This document shows positions 38,995-49,667 of a DNA stretch of 64,000 nt, one piece after another; within the stretch, counting starts at the first letter, position 1, and each line of letters opens with the position of its first letter. Origin of the DNA: an uncultured Lachnospiraceae bacterium. GTDB taxonomy: Bacteria; Bacillota; Clostridia; Lachnospirales; Lachnospiraceae. Below the pieces are notes generated by a model that saw only the letters and a program-made list of their open reading frames with translations, did no database searches and had not been told where the DNA came from. The stretch is taken from assembly GCA_910586025.1 (NCBI GenBank), contig CAJUIO010000002.1:5951-69950 (forward strand), in the 5' to 3' direction. Made by a program: the position numbers and the translations under genes.

Positions 38995-39505
38995 GCTTGT
39001 GGGGGCGGCGCTGCTTCTTACGGGAACGGCGGGATTTTCCTGCTGTCTTTGTAATGAGAGGAAAAGGAAGCTTTTTTACATAAAGGAGATTCAGCATATG
39101 TTCCGGCTGTTTCAGACGGAAATCAGTTATCTGGGGGTTCCCATGCCGGAGGTGCTCATGAGGATATCGGGAAGGCTTGCGCCGGTTCTTGGGGAAGGGC
39201 TGCGGCGCATTGCGGGGGCCATGGAGCCGGAGAGGGGAGAAAGCCTTGAGGCGGTCTGGAGCAGGGAGATGGGCAGGTGTCTTCGGGAGGCTTCGCTTGG
39301 CGGGGAAATCGGAGAGTTGGTGCTGGGATTTCCCGAATGTGTGGGCGTATTCGAGAGAGAGGGACAAGCGAAGGCCTTTGAGAGATACATCCGGGAGACA
39401 GAGCGCTGGATTGTACAGATGGAGAAAGAGGAAAAAAGCCGGAATAAAGTAATCATGAGCCTTGGAATCGCAGCAGGCATCTTTCTGATCGTCATTTTGC
39501 TGTAA
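38987..39505 (+). CDS. spoIIIAB: Stage III sporulation protein AB
   Basis: N- and C-terminal TM, EISY...P.PE; operon order. Confidence 0.88.
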   Translation: MLRLVGAALLLTGTAGFSCCLCNERKRKLFYIKEIQHMFRLFQTEISYLGVPMPEVLMRISGRLAPVLGEGLRRIAGAMEPERGESLEAVWSREMGRCLREASLGGEIGELVLGFPECVGVFEREGQAKAFERYIRETERWIVQMEKEEKSRNKVIMSLGIAAGIFLIVILL

Positions 39506-39521
39506 GGGTGAGGGAGGAACC

Positions 39522-39716
39522 ATGGAAATAAGCCTGATTTTTAGGATTGCCGCAGTAGGAATACTGGTTACTATTTTGAGTCAGATTTTAAAACACAGCG
39601 GGAGGGAGGAGCACGCCTTTCTGATCAGTCTTGCGGGGCTGATTCTGGTGCTTACATGGATACTGCCTTACATTTATGATCTTTTTGTGATGATTCAGGA
39701 TCTGTTCCGTCTGTAA
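39522..39716 (+). CDS. spoIIIAC: Stage III sporulation protein AC
   Basis: IFRIAAVGILV...QILKHSGREE; 64 aa. Confidence 0.95.
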   Translation: MEISLIFRIAAVGILVTILSQILKHSGREEHAFLISLAGLILVLTWILPYIYDLFVMIQDLFRL

Positions 39717-39728
39717 AGGAGGAATCGA

Positions 39729-40115
39729 ATGGAAATTTTAAAGATAGGAATTCTGGGAATAGCGGGAGTGATGGTGGCTTTGCAGTTTAAGACGGTAAAG
39801 CCGGAGATCAGCCTGTATATGGGGCTTGCGGTGAGTATACTGATTTTTTCCTTTTCCCTGGACGGGCTGTTCCAGATTCTCAGACGCATGGAGGCGCTTA
39901 CCGGCTATATCACGGCGGGAGATTCCTATTTCCGCCTTCTCTTCAAGGCGGTGGGAATCACCTATATCTGTGAATTCAGTTCCTCCATCTGTAAGGATGC
40001 GGGTTATGCGGCTGTGGCCGGGCAGATCGAGATCTTCGGAAAGCTCACGGTTCTTTTCATGGGAATGCCAGTGCTTACGGCGATCATTGAGAATATCAGT
40101 GCCATCACCAGGTAG
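39729..40115 (+). CDS. spoIIIAD: Stage III sporulation protein AD
   Basis: K.VGITYI.EF.S.ICKDAG...AGQIE..GK. Confidence 0.95.
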   Translation: MEILKIGILGIAGVMVALQFKTVKPEISLYMGLAVSILIFSFSLDGLFQILRRMEALTGYITAGDSYFRLLFKAVGITYICEFSSSICKDAGYAAVAGQIEIFGKLTVLFMGMPVLTAIIENISAITR

Positions 40116-40129
40116 AGGGAGGCGGCTTA

Positions 40130-41311
40130 ATGAGAAGAGGAAGAAAAAGGCTGGCAGGCGGTTTTGTCCTTCTTTTGTGTCTGCTTGGAACGGCGCTGCC
40201 CGTTCAGGCCGGGACAGATACCCAAAGGGAGGATGGAACCGTCCTGGAAACGGAGGCGGATGAGTTTATCTGGCAGCAGATGGAGGACTTAGACCTGCGG
40301 GAAATCGAGGAGGGCTTTGCGGATCTTTTTCCGGATTACAGTCTGGACATGAACCGGCTTTTCTCCCAGATACTGGAGGGCAGGGTGACGGAAGCGTTTT
40401 CCACCCTGGCGGGAGGCGTAAAGGAGGGGATCCGGAACGAGATATCCGGGATGAAGGAGATCATCATCTGTATTCTGGTGATTGGCGTGGTCTCCTCTCT
40501 TTTTTCCAATTTTTCGGATATTTTTGCGGGCGGACAGATTTCCCAGGTGGGATTTTACTTTCTCTATCTCTTCCTGATGGCGGTGCTGACCAGGGCTTTT
40601 GTGTCTGTCTCGGCAACGGCGGTGGAAACCATAGAGAATATCGTGCTTTTTGTAAAGCTGTTTATTCCCACCTGGATTATGGCGGTCGGAGCCTCGGCGG
40701 GAAGCGCCACAGCCGTGTTTTACTATCAGATGCTGCTGCTCGGCGCTTATTTTATTGAGAGCTTTCTTCTTGCGGTCCTGGTTCCCTTTGTGTACAGCTA
40801 TGTGATTCTTGCGCTCTTAAACGGCATCTGGGCGGAGGAGAGGCTGACTCTGCTCCTTGACTTCGTCAAAAAGGCGATTGTCACGGCCCTTAAAGTGGTT
40901 ATGGGAATGATCACCGGCTTCAGCATGGTACAGGCCGTGATCCTTCCTGTGGTGGACAAACTGAAAATCTCCGCTTTCCGCAAAGCGGTATCCGCAATCC
41001 CCGGGGTGGGAGGCGTGGCGGAGGGGATCACGGAGCTGGTGATCGGCTCTGCGGTGCTGATCAAGAACAGTCTGGGAGTGCTTATGCTGGTGCTGCTTCT
41101 TGCAGCCTGCGCAATGCCGCTTGTGAGGATTCTGACCGTGGCCTGGCTTGTCAAGCTGGGAGCGGCCGTCACCGGGATCATCAGCGACAAGAGGATCTCA
41201 GGCTGTGCGGACCGCGTGGGGGAGGGATGCTTCCTTCTCCTGCGCTGCGTCTTTACCTCGGCGGCCTTTTTCGTGATTATTATCGGAGTGGTGGCGTACA
41301 CGGTGAAATAG
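40130..41311 (+). CDS. spoIIIAE: Stage III sporulation protein AE
   Basis: Signal peptide, many TM helices, IPGVGG, LIKNSLG; operon order. Confidence 0.92.
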   Translation: MRRGRKRLAGGFVLLLCLLGTALPVQAGTDTQREDGTVLETEADEFIWQQMEDLDLREIEEGFADLFPDYSLDMNRLFSQILEGRVTEAFSTLAGGVKEGIRNEISGMKEIIICILVIGVVSSLFSNFSDIFAGGQISQVGFYFLYLFLMAVLTRAFVSVSATAVETIENIVLFVKLFIPTWIMAVGASAGSATAVFYYQMLLLGAYFIESFLLAVLVPFVYSYVILALLNGIWAEERLTLLLDFVKKAIVTALKVVMGMITGFSMVQAVILPVVDKLKISAFRKAVSAIPGVGGVAEGITELVIGSAVLIKNSLGVLMLVLLLAACAMPLVRILTVAWLVKLGAAVTGIISDKRISGCADRVGEGCFLLLRCVFTSAAFFVIIIGVVAYTVK

Positions 41312-41324
41312 GAAGGAGGGGGAA

Positions 41325-41855
41325 ATGATACAGGTCATCAGGGAAGTCGGGATCTTTATTGTAATTGCGCAGGCGGTTCTGTATTTTGTCCCCGGTGAAT
41401 CTTATGTGAAATATGTGAAGATCATCATCGGGATCATAATGATCGCCAAAATGGCGCAGCCGCTGCTTGTTCTCGTTGACGGGCAGCAGTGGCAGAGGAT
41501 TCTGGAGGAAATGCCGGATTTTCAGAGCTTTTCCGGTGCGGAGCTTCCAAAGGACCATGAGGGAACGGAGAGGCTTGAGGCGACGATCGAAAGGGAGCTT
41601 CTCGGGAAGCTGAATGCGGAGCCTCTTGAGGGGTATACGGCGTGCGGCGCAGCTTTTGCCTGCGCACCCGGACGGGAGGCACAGGAGCTTGTGATTACCG
41701 TTTCGGACGGGAGCGGGAGGGACGGACAAATCCGGATTGACAAAATCACGGTTGGGGAGAGCAAAGCGCAGACCGGGGAGGCGAAGGCTCTCGCGGAGCA
41801 TTACGGAAGGATACTTGGGATGGAGCCGGAGCGGATCAGGATAAAAATGGAATAA
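41325..41855 (+). CDS. spoIIIAF: Stage III sporulation protein AF
   Basis: P...Y.KYVK...G.I......P N-terminus; operon order. Confidence 0.85.
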   Translation: MIQVIREVGIFIVIAQAVLYFVPGESYVKYVKIIIGIIMIAKMAQPLLVLVDGQQWQRILEEMPDFQSFSGAELPKDHEGTERLEATIERELLGKLNAEPLEGYTACGAAFACAPGREAQELVITVSDGSGRDGQIRIDKITVGESKAQTGEAKALAEHYGRILGMEPERIRIKME

Positions 41856-41876
41856 AAGCGGAAGGGAGGCGGACGG

Positions 41877-42557
41877 ATGGAGGAAAGGCTGCAGGAAAAG
41901 GAAGGAAAAAATGTGATCGGAAAGGCGCTGGATTTCAGGAAGCTGAAAAAGGAAAATTTTCTTGTCATTTTCTTGGTGGGGATTCTGCTGCTTGTGATTG
42001 CCTGGCCGGCCGGTGGGGCGGAAAACGGAAAAGAACCTTCAAAGTCCGGTATATTGGACAGTAATGAAGGTATAATAGGGTTATCAGAGGAGAAGACACA
42101 GGCGGATGCGGGCGGCATCTGGCAGGAGCGGCTTTCCAACGGGGATGAGCTTGCCGTCTACAGGAATTCCCTTGAGAGGACACTGGAAGAGCTTCTTTCC
42201 TGTATGGAGGGGGCCGGCCGGGTGAAGGTCATGATTACCCTGCACTCCTCCGGTGAGGCTGTTGTGGAGAAGGATATATCCTCACAGCAGGATTCTTCCG
42301 AGGAGGAGGATTCGGAGGGGGGAAGCCGTATCTCAAAGCAGTTTGCCAGATCCGGAGAGACCGTATACGCAAGTGGTGCGGGCGGAGGCTCGTCTCCTTA
42401 TGTAAAGCAGATTCTTTCGCCCCGGGTGGAGGGGGTCGTGGTCTGTGCCCAGGGCGGAGGGAACCAGAGGGTAAATAAAAATATTACGGAGGCAATTCAG
42501 GCATTATTCGGAATTGAAGCTCATAAAATTAAAGTAATCACAATGAGTTCAAAATAA
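41877..42557 (+). CDS. spoIIIAG: Stage III sporulation protein AG
   Basis: TM, L..MEGAGRVKVMIT, P.VEGVVV.AQG, HKIKV. Confidence 0.92.
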   Translation: MEERLQEKEGKNVIGKALDFRKLKKENFLVIFLVGILLLVIAWPAGGAENGKEPSKSGILDSNEGIIGLSEEKTQADAGGIWQERLSNGDELAVYRNSLERTLEELLSCMEGAGRVKVMITLHSSGEAVVEKDISSQQDSSEEEDSEGGSRISKQFARSGETVYASGAGGGSSPYVKQILSPRVEGVVVCAQGGGNQRVNKNITEAIQALFGIEAHKIKVITMSSK

Positions 42558-42570
42558 AGGAGATGCGGAC

Positions 42571-43314
42571 TTGAAGAATATGGTGAAAAAGAATCAGATT
42601 ATGATCACGGCACTCGCAATCATGATTGCAGTGGCAGGCTACCTGAACTTTGCGGGCAGCAGGATTACACAGGAGGAGATTATGACCACAGGAGCGGATT
42701 CGGCGGTGGCGGTAAACGAGGCGCAGATGACGGAAGATGCCGCAGACGTGGCGGCGCTGTTTGAGATTTCCGACGAGGACCTGGAGCAGGCCGAGCTTTC
42801 GGATATCGAGAGCCTGGATTCCGAGGTGATCACGGAGCAGGAAAATTATCTTGAGGAAACCATGGAGGAGATGATGGCCCAGAATTCGGAGGAATCAATT
42901 GAGGAGCAGATCTCCGATTCCGAGGCTCCCGGAGAGGCGGTGTTCACCTCGTCCTCCAGCCTGGATACTCTCTCCGGAGCCAAGCTCATGAAGGAGCAGG
43001 TCAGGGCAAAGAATAAGGAAACGCTGATGGAGATCATCAACAATGTAAATATCAGCGAGGAGCAGAAGCAGGAAGCGGTTGACGGGATGATCGCACTCAC
43101 TGATATCGCGGAGAAGGAAACGGCTGCGGAGATCCTTCTGGAGGCCAAGGGATTTGAGGACGTGGTGGTGAGCATCACCGACGGAATGGTGGATGTGGTG
43201 GTTAACACCGTGGATCTGACGGAGGCCCAGAGAGCGCAGATCGAGGATATCGTGATACGCAAGACCGGGATTGAGGCTGAAAATATTGTAATCAGCACTA
43301 TTGCGCAGGAGTAA
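42571..43314 (+). CDS. spoIIIAH: Stage III sporulation protein AH
   Basis: KKNQI...LA.MI.VAGYLN, E.LL.AKGF.D.VV, IEDIV.RKTG. Confidence 0.92.
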   Translation: MKNMVKKNQIMITALAIMIAVAGYLNFAGSRITQEEIMTTGADSAVAVNEAQMTEDAADVAALFEISDEDLEQAELSDIESLDSEVITEQENYLEETMEEMMAQNSEESIEEQISDSEAPGEAVFTSSSSLDTLSGAKLMKEQVRAKNKETLMEIINNVNISEEQKQEAVDGMIALTDIAEKETAAEILLEAKGFEDVVVSITDGMVDVVVNTVDLTEAQRAQIEDIVIRKTGIEAENIVISTIAQE

Positions 43315-43318
43315 TATG

Positions 43319-43327
43319 TGGTAGAAT
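43319..43327 (+). promoter_or_regulatory. Extended -10 element for deoB-prfC
   Basis: TGGTAGAAT just after spoIIIAH stop; would give vegetative expression independent of the spoIIIA promoter. Confidence 0.4.
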
Positions 43328-43362
43328 ACAAGAGACAACAACAAAGCGAAAGGAACACCGGA

Positions 43363-44514
43363 ATGAAAAGAAGAATATTTTTGATCGTACTTGACAGCGT
43401 GGGAATCGGAGCCATGGAGGATGCGGCGGAATTCGGCGATGCAGGGTGCAACACACTCCGTTCAGCCTCCCGAAGCTCCCGGTTCCGATTGACAAATATG
43501 GAAAAACTGGGTCTGTTCAATATTGACGGAATCGACTGGAAAAAGGGCGTGGAAAAGCCTCTTGCCTCCTACGGCAGAATGAAGGAGGCTTCCAGGGGGA
43601 AAGATACTACTATAGGGCACTGGGAGATTGCCGGGATCATTTCCCGGGAGCCGCTTCCGGTATATCCCGACGGATTTCCGGAGGAGGTGCTTGAGCCCTT
43701 CAGGAAGAGGACGGGAAGAGATGTTTTGTGTAATGCGCCCTATTCGGGAACGGAGGTCATAAAGGAGTTCGGTGACGAGCACGTAAGAACGGGAAAGCTG
43801 ATTGTTTACACCTCGGCGGACAGCGTCTTTCAGATTGCGGCCCACGAGGAGGTGGTTCCTGTGGAAACCCTGTATCAATACTGCGGTATCGCGCGAGAGA
43901 TTCTCTCGGGAAGGCACAGCGTGGGAAGAGTCATTGCAAGGCCCTTTATCGGGGAGAGCGGGAATTATACCCGGACGCCCCGCCGTCATGATTTTTCTCT
44001 GGAACCGCCTGCGGACACCATGCTGGATCATTTAAAGAGAGCGGGAAAAGACGTGATCGGCGTGGGAAAGATTAAGGACATCTTTGCGGGACGGGGAATC
44101 ACCTCCTATGTTTATACCAAAGGAAACGACGAGGGGATTTTGAAGACCCTGGAATATATGAAGCAGGACTTTGACGGGCTGTGCTTCGTAAATCTGGTGG
44201 ACTATGACATGCTCTACGGGCACAGAAATGATATAGAGGGATACGGAAGGGCCCTTACGGAGTTTGATCAGGCTCTGCCGGAGCTGATGGCGGGACTTGG
44301 GCAGGATGATATTCTCATGATCACCGCAGACCACGGCTGTGATCCCGGCTATCTTGCCTCCACGGATCATTCCAGGGAATACACACCCTTCCTTATGTAC
44401 GGGAGGAATGTTGCGCCCGTAAATCTCGGCACGAGAGAAACCTTTGCGGATATAGGGGCAACTGTGTTAAAATATCTGAATGTGCCGGGAGAGACTGCCG
44501 GCACGCCGGTTTAA
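43363..44514 (+). CDS. deoB: Phosphopentomutase
   Basis: LIVLDSVGIG, GKDT..GHWE, YTSADSVFQIAAHE, RVIARPF, ITADHGCDP, DHSRE. Confidence 0.96.
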   Translation: MKRRIFLIVLDSVGIGAMEDAAEFGDAGCNTLRSASRSSRFRLTNMEKLGLFNIDGIDWKKGVEKPLASYGRMKEASRGKDTTIGHWEIAGIISREPLPVYPDGFPEEVLEPFRKRTGRDVLCNAPYSGTEVIKEFGDEHVRTGKLIVYTSADSVFQIAAHEEVVPVETLYQYCGIAREILSGRHSVGRVIARPFIGESGNYTRTPRRHDFSLEPPADTMLDHLKRAGKDVIGVGKIKDIFAGRGITSYVYTKGNDEGILKTLEYMKQDFDGLCFVNLVDYDMLYGHRNDIEGYGRALTEFDQALPELMAGLGQDDILMITADHGCDPGYLASTDHSREYTPFLMYGRNVAPVNLGTRETFADIGATVLKYLNVPGETAGTPV

Positions 44515-44545
44515 AATACATTTGGACTGCTTGGAGGAAAAATAC

Positions 44546-46138
44546 GTGGAAAGCATTGAAAAAGAAATAAACAGAAGACGGACCTTTGCCATCATATCTC
44601 ATCCGGATGCGGGAAAGACAACACTGACGGAGAAATTCCTGCTGTACGGAGGAGCCATCAATCTGGCGGGAAGCGTAAAGGGAAAGGCTACCGCCAGGCA
44701 TGCGGTTTCCGACTGGATGGAAATCGAGAAGGAAAGGGGAATCTCCGTTACATCTTCGGTTCTGCAGTTCGAGTATGGAGGGTACTGCATCAATATTCTG
44801 GATACGCCCGGACATCAGGACTTCTCGGAGGACACCTACCGGACGCTGATGGCGGCGGATTCCGCAGTCATGGTGATTGATGCCTCAAAGGGTGTGGAGG
44901 CGCAGACCAGAAAGCTGTTCAAGGTCTGTGTGATGCGCAGAATACCCATATTTACCTTTATCAACAAGATGGACAGGGATGCCAACGATACCTTTGAGCT
45001 TCTGGACGAGATTGAGAAGGAACTGGGAATTGCCACCTGTCCGGTTAACTGGCCTATCGGTTCCGGCAAGAGATTTAAGGGAGTGTATGACAGGGATGAG
45101 GAGTGTGTCATCACCTTTTCCGACACGGAGAAGGGAACAAAGGAAGGAGAGAGCCTGCGGATCCCCGTCCGGAACAGGGAAGAGCTTCTGGATGCGGTGG
45201 GAGAGGAGGCCTTAGGGCTTCTTGAGGAGGAGATTGAGCTTCTGGACGGTGCCAGTGCGGAGTTTGATCTCGAGCTGGTACAGGCCGGAGAGCTGACACC
45301 TGTATTTTTCGGCTCGGCCCTGACCAACTTTGGCGTGGAGTTCTTTCTGCAGCATTTCCTTGAGATGACCACAACGCCTCTGCCCCGGAAGTCGGACATG
45401 GGTCCTGTCATGCCCGGGGAGAATGATTTTTCGGCGTTTGTCTTCAAGATTCAGGCTAATATGAACAAGGCGCACAGGGACAGGATCGCCTTCATGCGCA
45501 TCTGTTCCGGCAAATATGAGGCCAGCATGGAGGTAAAGCACGTGCAGGGGGGCAAGATTATGCGCCTCTCCCAGCCTCAGCAGATTATGGCGAGTGAGAG
45601 GAAGATTCTGGAGGAGGCCTATGCCGGAGACATCATCGGCGTGTTTGATCCCGGTGTTTTTTCCATCGGGGACACGCTGTGTATGCCCAGGGATCAGTTC
45701 AGATATGAGGGAATCCCTACCTTCGCGCCGGAGCATTTCGCAAGGGTCAGGCAGATGGATACCATGAAGAGGAAGCAGTTTGTAAAGGGAATTACACAGA
45801 TTGCCCAGGAGGGCGCGATCCAGATTTTCCAGGAATTCAATACGGGAATGGAGGAAATCATCGTTGGCGTCGTTGGTGTCCTGCAGTTTGATGTTTTGAA
45901 ATACCGTCTGGAAAACGAGTATAATGTGGAGATTAAGCTGGAACCGCTCCCCTATGAGCATATCCGGTGGATTGAGAACAGGGAGATTGACCTTACGAAG
46001 CTGACAGGCACTTCCGACATGAAGAAAATTAAAGATCTGAAAGGGAATCCTCTTCTCCTGTTCATCAATTCCTGGAGTATAGGAATGACGCTGGACAGGA
46101 ACCCCGGACTGGAGCTTTCAGAGTTTGGAAGGGATTAA
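44546..46138 (+). CDS. prfC: Peptide chain release factor 3
   Basis: RRTFAIISHPDAGKTT.TE, DTPGH.DFSEDTYR, FKIQANM..HRDR; GTG start after GGAGG. Confidence 0.97.
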   Translation: MESIEKEINRRRTFAIISHPDAGKTTLTEKFLLYGGAINLAGSVKGKATARHAVSDWMEIEKERGISVTSSVLQFEYGGYCINILDTPGHQDFSEDTYRTLMAADSAVMVIDASKGVEAQTRKLFKVCVMRRIPIFTFINKMDRDANDTFELLDEIEKELGIATCPVNWPIGSGKRFKGVYDRDEECVITFSDTEKGTKEGESLRIPVRNREELLDAVGEEALGLLEEEIELLDGASAEFDLELVQAGELTPVFFGSALTNFGVEFFLQHFLEMTTTPLPRKSDMGPVMPGENDFSAFVFKIQANMNKAHRDRIAFMRICSGKYEASMEVKHVQGGKIMRLSQPQQIMASERKILEEAYAGDIIGVFDPGVFSIGDTLCMPRDQFRYEGIPTFAPEHFARVRQMDTMKRKQFVKGITQIAQEGAIQIFQEFNTGMEEIIVGVVGVLQFDVLKYRLENEYNVEIKLEPLPYEHIRWIENREIDLTKLTGTSDMKKIKDLKGNPLLLFINSWSIGMTLDRNPGLELSEFGRD

Positions 46139-47326
46139 ATGAGAATAAAACAGATACTGTTAATCTTAATGACGGCACTGCTTCTTTCCGGCTGCAGGAG
46201 CCTTGCGGGAGACTGGATGGAAGCAGCTCCCACCGCAATGGCGGACGGTCCGGCGCAGGAGATACAGAGCCTGTCGGGGACAACGCCTCAGATCACGGAG
46301 ATTCTCAAGACAAAGCAGCTGGGGAAATTTTACTTCGAGCAGCTTGACGACAGGGAGCAGACGGTCTATGCGGAAATCCTCAATATACTCCTGAATTTTG
46401 AGAGCGATGTGGCTTTATCCTGTCTGGACGACGGGATGATCGAGAGGGTATTTCAGTTTGTGCTGAACGATCATCCTGAAATCTTCTACGTGGAGGGATA
46501 TACCTTTACCAGATATTCGCTGGCCGACCAGGTGAAAAAAATTACCTTCTCCGGCACATACCACATGGACAGGGAGCAGGCCGGGGAGAGACGGGAGAAG
46601 ATTGAGCAGTATGTGGGGACATGCCTTCAGGGAATCCGGGAGGATATGGACGACTACGAGAAAGTAAAGTATATCTATGAATATATCATAGAAAAGACGG
46701 AGTATGATGCCAAGGCACCCGACAATCAGAATATCTGCTCGGTTTTTATCCACGGAAGAAGCGTCTGCCAGGGATATGCCAAGGCCATGCAGTATCTGCT
46801 TCAAAGGGCGGGAGTGGAGGCCTCCCTGGTGATGGGGCACGTGCTTAATGGGGAGGGACATGCCTGGAACCTGGTCCGGATAAACGGCAGCTTCTATTTT
46901 GTGGATACCACCTGGGGCGATGCCTCTTATCAGATGATCGAGAGCGACGGGGAGCAGTCTAAGGAGAGCATACCGCCCATTAATTATGACTATCTGTGCG
47001 TGACGACCGAACAGCTCTCAAAGACGCACACCATTGATGCGGGGGCTGCAATCCCGCTGTGCGAGGATATGTCGGACAATTATTATGTGAGGGAGGGCAA
47101 GTACTTCGAGGAGCTGGACAAGGAGAAGCTGGAAAGCCTCTTTGCCCGGGCTTATGAAGAGGACAGCACCTATATCACCTTAAAGTGCGGCGGGGAGGAT
47201 GTCTATGAGGAGATGATCCGGTATCTGATCGAGGAGCAGGAGATTTTCCGGTATCTTGAGAACGGGGAGAACACGGTTTCCTATGCGGATAACAAGGAGC
47301 AGATGAGCCTGAGCTTCTGGCTGTAA
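46139..47326 (+). CDS. Transglutaminase-like (Cys-His-Asp) lipoprotein
   Basis: Lipobox [18 protein letters not shown]...HAWNLV...VDTTW. Confidence 0.85.
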   Translation: MRIKQILLILMTALLLSGCRSLAGDWMEAAPTAMADGPAQEIQSLSGTTPQITEILKTKQLGKFYFEQLDDREQTVYAEILNILLNFESDVALSCLDDGMIERVFQFVLNDHPEIFYVEGYTFTRYSLADQVKKITFSGTYHMDREQAGERREKIEQYVGTCLQGIREDMDDYEKVKYIYEYIIEKTEYDAKAPDNQNICSVFIHGRSVCQGYAKAMQYLLQRAGVEASLVMGHVLNGEGHAWNLVRINGSFYFVDTTWGDASYQMIESDGEQSKESIPPINYDYLCVTTEQLSKTHTIDAGAAIPLCEDMSDNYYVREGKYFEELDKEKLESLFARAYEEDSTYITLKCGGEDVYEEMIRYLIEEQEIFRYLENGENTVSYADNKEQMSLSFWL

Positions 47327-47436
47327 AATGCGGGGAAATGTATTTCTATTGGGACTATGCAAATACTCTGTTTTTTGGTATTATTAAAAGATAGTTAACT
47401 ATATCCTTACGGTACAAATAAGAAAGGACGTTTATC

Positions 47437-47820
47437 ATGGAAAAATCAGTAGAACAGAACACTTATGTATTACAGGAAAACGACGAACTGGGTACGGTTA
47501 AGATTGCCGATGACGTGGTAGCGGTGATTGCCGGGCTTGCGGCTACTGAGGTTAAGGGAGTGGCATCCATGGCGGGAAATATAAGCAATGAGCTGATGAG
47601 CAAGATGGGTGTAAAGAATCTGGCGAAGGGCGTTAAGGTCGAAATGATCGGAAAGAGCGTAAGGGCTGACCTGAATCTGATTGTGGAATACGGCTATAAT
47701 ATTCCCGCTGTTTCCCAGAAGGTGCAGGAGAAGGTGAAGTCCACGATTGAGAACATGACCGGGCTTGAGGTTACGGATGTGAATATCCGTATTGCCGGTG
47801 TCAATATGGTAAAGAACTGA
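47437..47820 (+). CDS. Asp23/Gls24 family protein
   Basis: [25 protein letters not shown]...VQ.KV...E.MTGL.V..VN. Confidence 0.93.
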   Translation: MEKSVEQNTYVLQENDELGTVKIADDVVAVIAGLAATEVKGVASMAGNISNELMSKMGVKNLAKGVKVEMIGKSVRADLNLIVEYGYNIPAVSQKVQEKVKSTIENMTGLEVTDVNIRIAGVNMVKN

Positions 47821-47845
47821 GGAGAAAACAGGCAGGGAGATATCC

Positions 47846-48244
47846 ATGAGCAGAAGAGAACTGAGGGAGCAGATTTTTAAGCTGTTGTTCCGTATTGAGT
47901 TCAATCCAAGGGAAGAGATGGAGGCGCAGACCGAACTCTTCTTTGAGGAGGAGGAGAATCAGGCGGACGTGGCCGATACCGCCTATATCACTGAGAAGTT
48001 TAACAGGATTTTGGACAGGCTGGAGCAGATTGACAGGGTGCTCAACGAGAGAGTCAAGGGCTGGGATACAGGCCGTATGGGCAAGGTGGATCTGGCTATT
48101 TTGCGGCTTGCCGTGTACGAGGTTCTCTTTGATGCGGAAATTCCTACCGGCGTTGCCATCAATGAGGCCGTGGAGCTTGCCAAAAAATATGGGCAGGACT
48201 CTTCGCCCGCATTTATAAACGGCGTGCTGGCTAAATTTGCATAG
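47846..48244 (+). CDS. nusB: Transcription antitermination factor NusB
   Basis: [32 protein letters not shown]. Confidence 0.96.
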   Translation: MSRRELREQIFKLLFRIEFNPREEMEAQTELFFEEEENQADVADTAYITEKFNRILDRLEQIDRVLNERVKGWDTGRMGKVDLAILRLAVYEVLFDAEIPTGVAINEAVELAKKYGQDSSPAFINGVLAKFA

Positions 48245-48255
48245 GGTAATTTAAG

Positions 48256-49449
48256 ATGCAGAATGTATATACCGTAGGTCAGGTAAATTCATATATAAAG
48301 AATATGTTTTCCCAGGACTTTCTGCTGCAGGGCCTGGCCGTAAAGGGAGAGGTCAGCAACTGCAAGTATCATACGTCGGGACATATTTATTTTACATTAA
48401 AGGATATGAAAGGAACGATTTCCTGCGTGATGTTTGCGGGGAACCGTTCCGGTCTTGCATTTCGGATGGTTGAGGGCATGCAGGTGGTGGTTCAGGGAAC
48501 CGTTGACGTTTATGAGCGCGACGGGAAGTACCAGCTGTATGCAAAGAGTATTCAGCAGGACGGCGCAGGAGCTCTCTATGAGCGTTTCGAACGGTTAAAG
48601 AGGGAGCTGGAGGAGCTTGGAATGTTTGCGCCGGAATACAAAAAGCCGATTCCCGCTTACAGCCGCAGAATCGGAATCGTGACGGCGCCTACCGGTGCGG
48701 CGGTGCGGGATATTATCAATATAGCGTCACGCCGCAATCCTTACGTGCAGCTGATCCTCTATCCGGCTCTTGTCCAGGGGGAGGGGGCGGCTCCCAGCAT
48801 TATAAACGGAATTCACGCTCTGGAAGCGGCGGGAGTGGATGTGATGATCGTGGGCAGAGGCGGCGGCTCCATCGAGGATCTGTGGGCCTTTAACGAGGAA
48901 TGTGTGGCGCAGGCGGTCTTTGACTGCGGCGTTCCGGTAATCTCCGCGGTGGGACATGAGACGGATACCACAATTATAGATTATGTGGCGGACCTGAGAG
49001 CTCCCACGCCCTCTGCAGCCGCAGAGCTTGCGGTGTTTGACCTGTCGCAGTTTCTCGGAAGGCTTGCGGAAAACAGGACGGCCCTTGAGAGGCTGATGAA
49101 GAATAAAATCGAATGGAACAGAATGCATTGGAAGGCTTTTGAGGCAAGGCTCAAAATGAATTCTCCCCTGGGAAAGGTGCGGGAGAAGAAAACATGGCTT
49201 ATGAACATGGAGGAGTGGATGGAAAACGCCATGAGCGGCCAGGTAAAAAGAAAGCGCCATATGCTGGAAATTTATATAGAGAAATTGAAAGGGCTGTCCC
49301 CTCTCGACAAGCTGAACCAGGGGTTTTCCTATGTTTCGGATGAGAGCGGCAGGACGGTGAGGGACGTAAATCAGGTACAGGTGGGCGACGGGCTTCTGAT
49401 CCATGTCAGAAACGGAAGGCTTGCGGCCACGGTTACGGGAAAGGAATAA
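48256..49449 (+). CDS. xseA: Exodeoxyribonuclease VII large subunit
   Basis: GEVSN, SGHIYFTLKD, RGGGSIEDLWAFN, AVGHETD, APTPSAAAE. Confidence 0.96.
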   Translation: MQNVYTVGQVNSYIKNMFSQDFLLQGLAVKGEVSNCKYHTSGHIYFTLKDMKGTISCVMFAGNRSGLAFRMVEGMQVVVQGTVDVYERDGKYQLYAKSIQQDGAGALYERFERLKRELEELGMFAPEYKKPIPAYSRRIGIVTAPTGAAVRDIINIASRRNPYVQLILYPALVQGEGAAPSIINGIHALEAAGVDVMIVGRGGGSIEDLWAFNEECVAQAVFDCGVPVISAVGHETDTTIIDYVADLRAPTPSAAAELAVFDLSQFLGRLAENRTALERLMKNKIEWNRMHWKAFEARLKMNSPLGKVREKKTWLMNMEEWMENAMSGQVKRKRHMLEIYIEKLKGLSPLDKLNQGFSYVSDESGRTVRDVNQVQVGDGLLIHVRNGRLAATVTGKE

Positions 49450-49451
49450 TT

Positions 49452-49667
49452 ATGGAACAGAAGGAGGAAGGCTTCAATCTGGAGGAGGCTTTTGCAAAGC
49501 TTGAGGAGACGGTTGCAAAGCTCGAGCGGGATGATATCTCCCTGGAGGATTCCTTTAAAGAGTATCAAAAGGGAATGGAGCTTTTGAAAAAGTGCAGTGA
49601 AACGATTGATTCTGTAGAAAAAAAGGTACTTGTTTTAAACGGAAATGGTGAGCTGAATGAATTTTAG
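49452..49667 (+). CDS. xseB: Exodeoxyribonuclease VII small subunit
   Basis: E.A...LE..V.KLE...SLE.S...Y..G..L. Confidence 0.94.
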   Translation: MEQKEEGFNLEEAFAKLEETVAKLERDDISLEDSFKEYQKGMELLKKCSETIDSVEKKVLVLNGNGELNEF

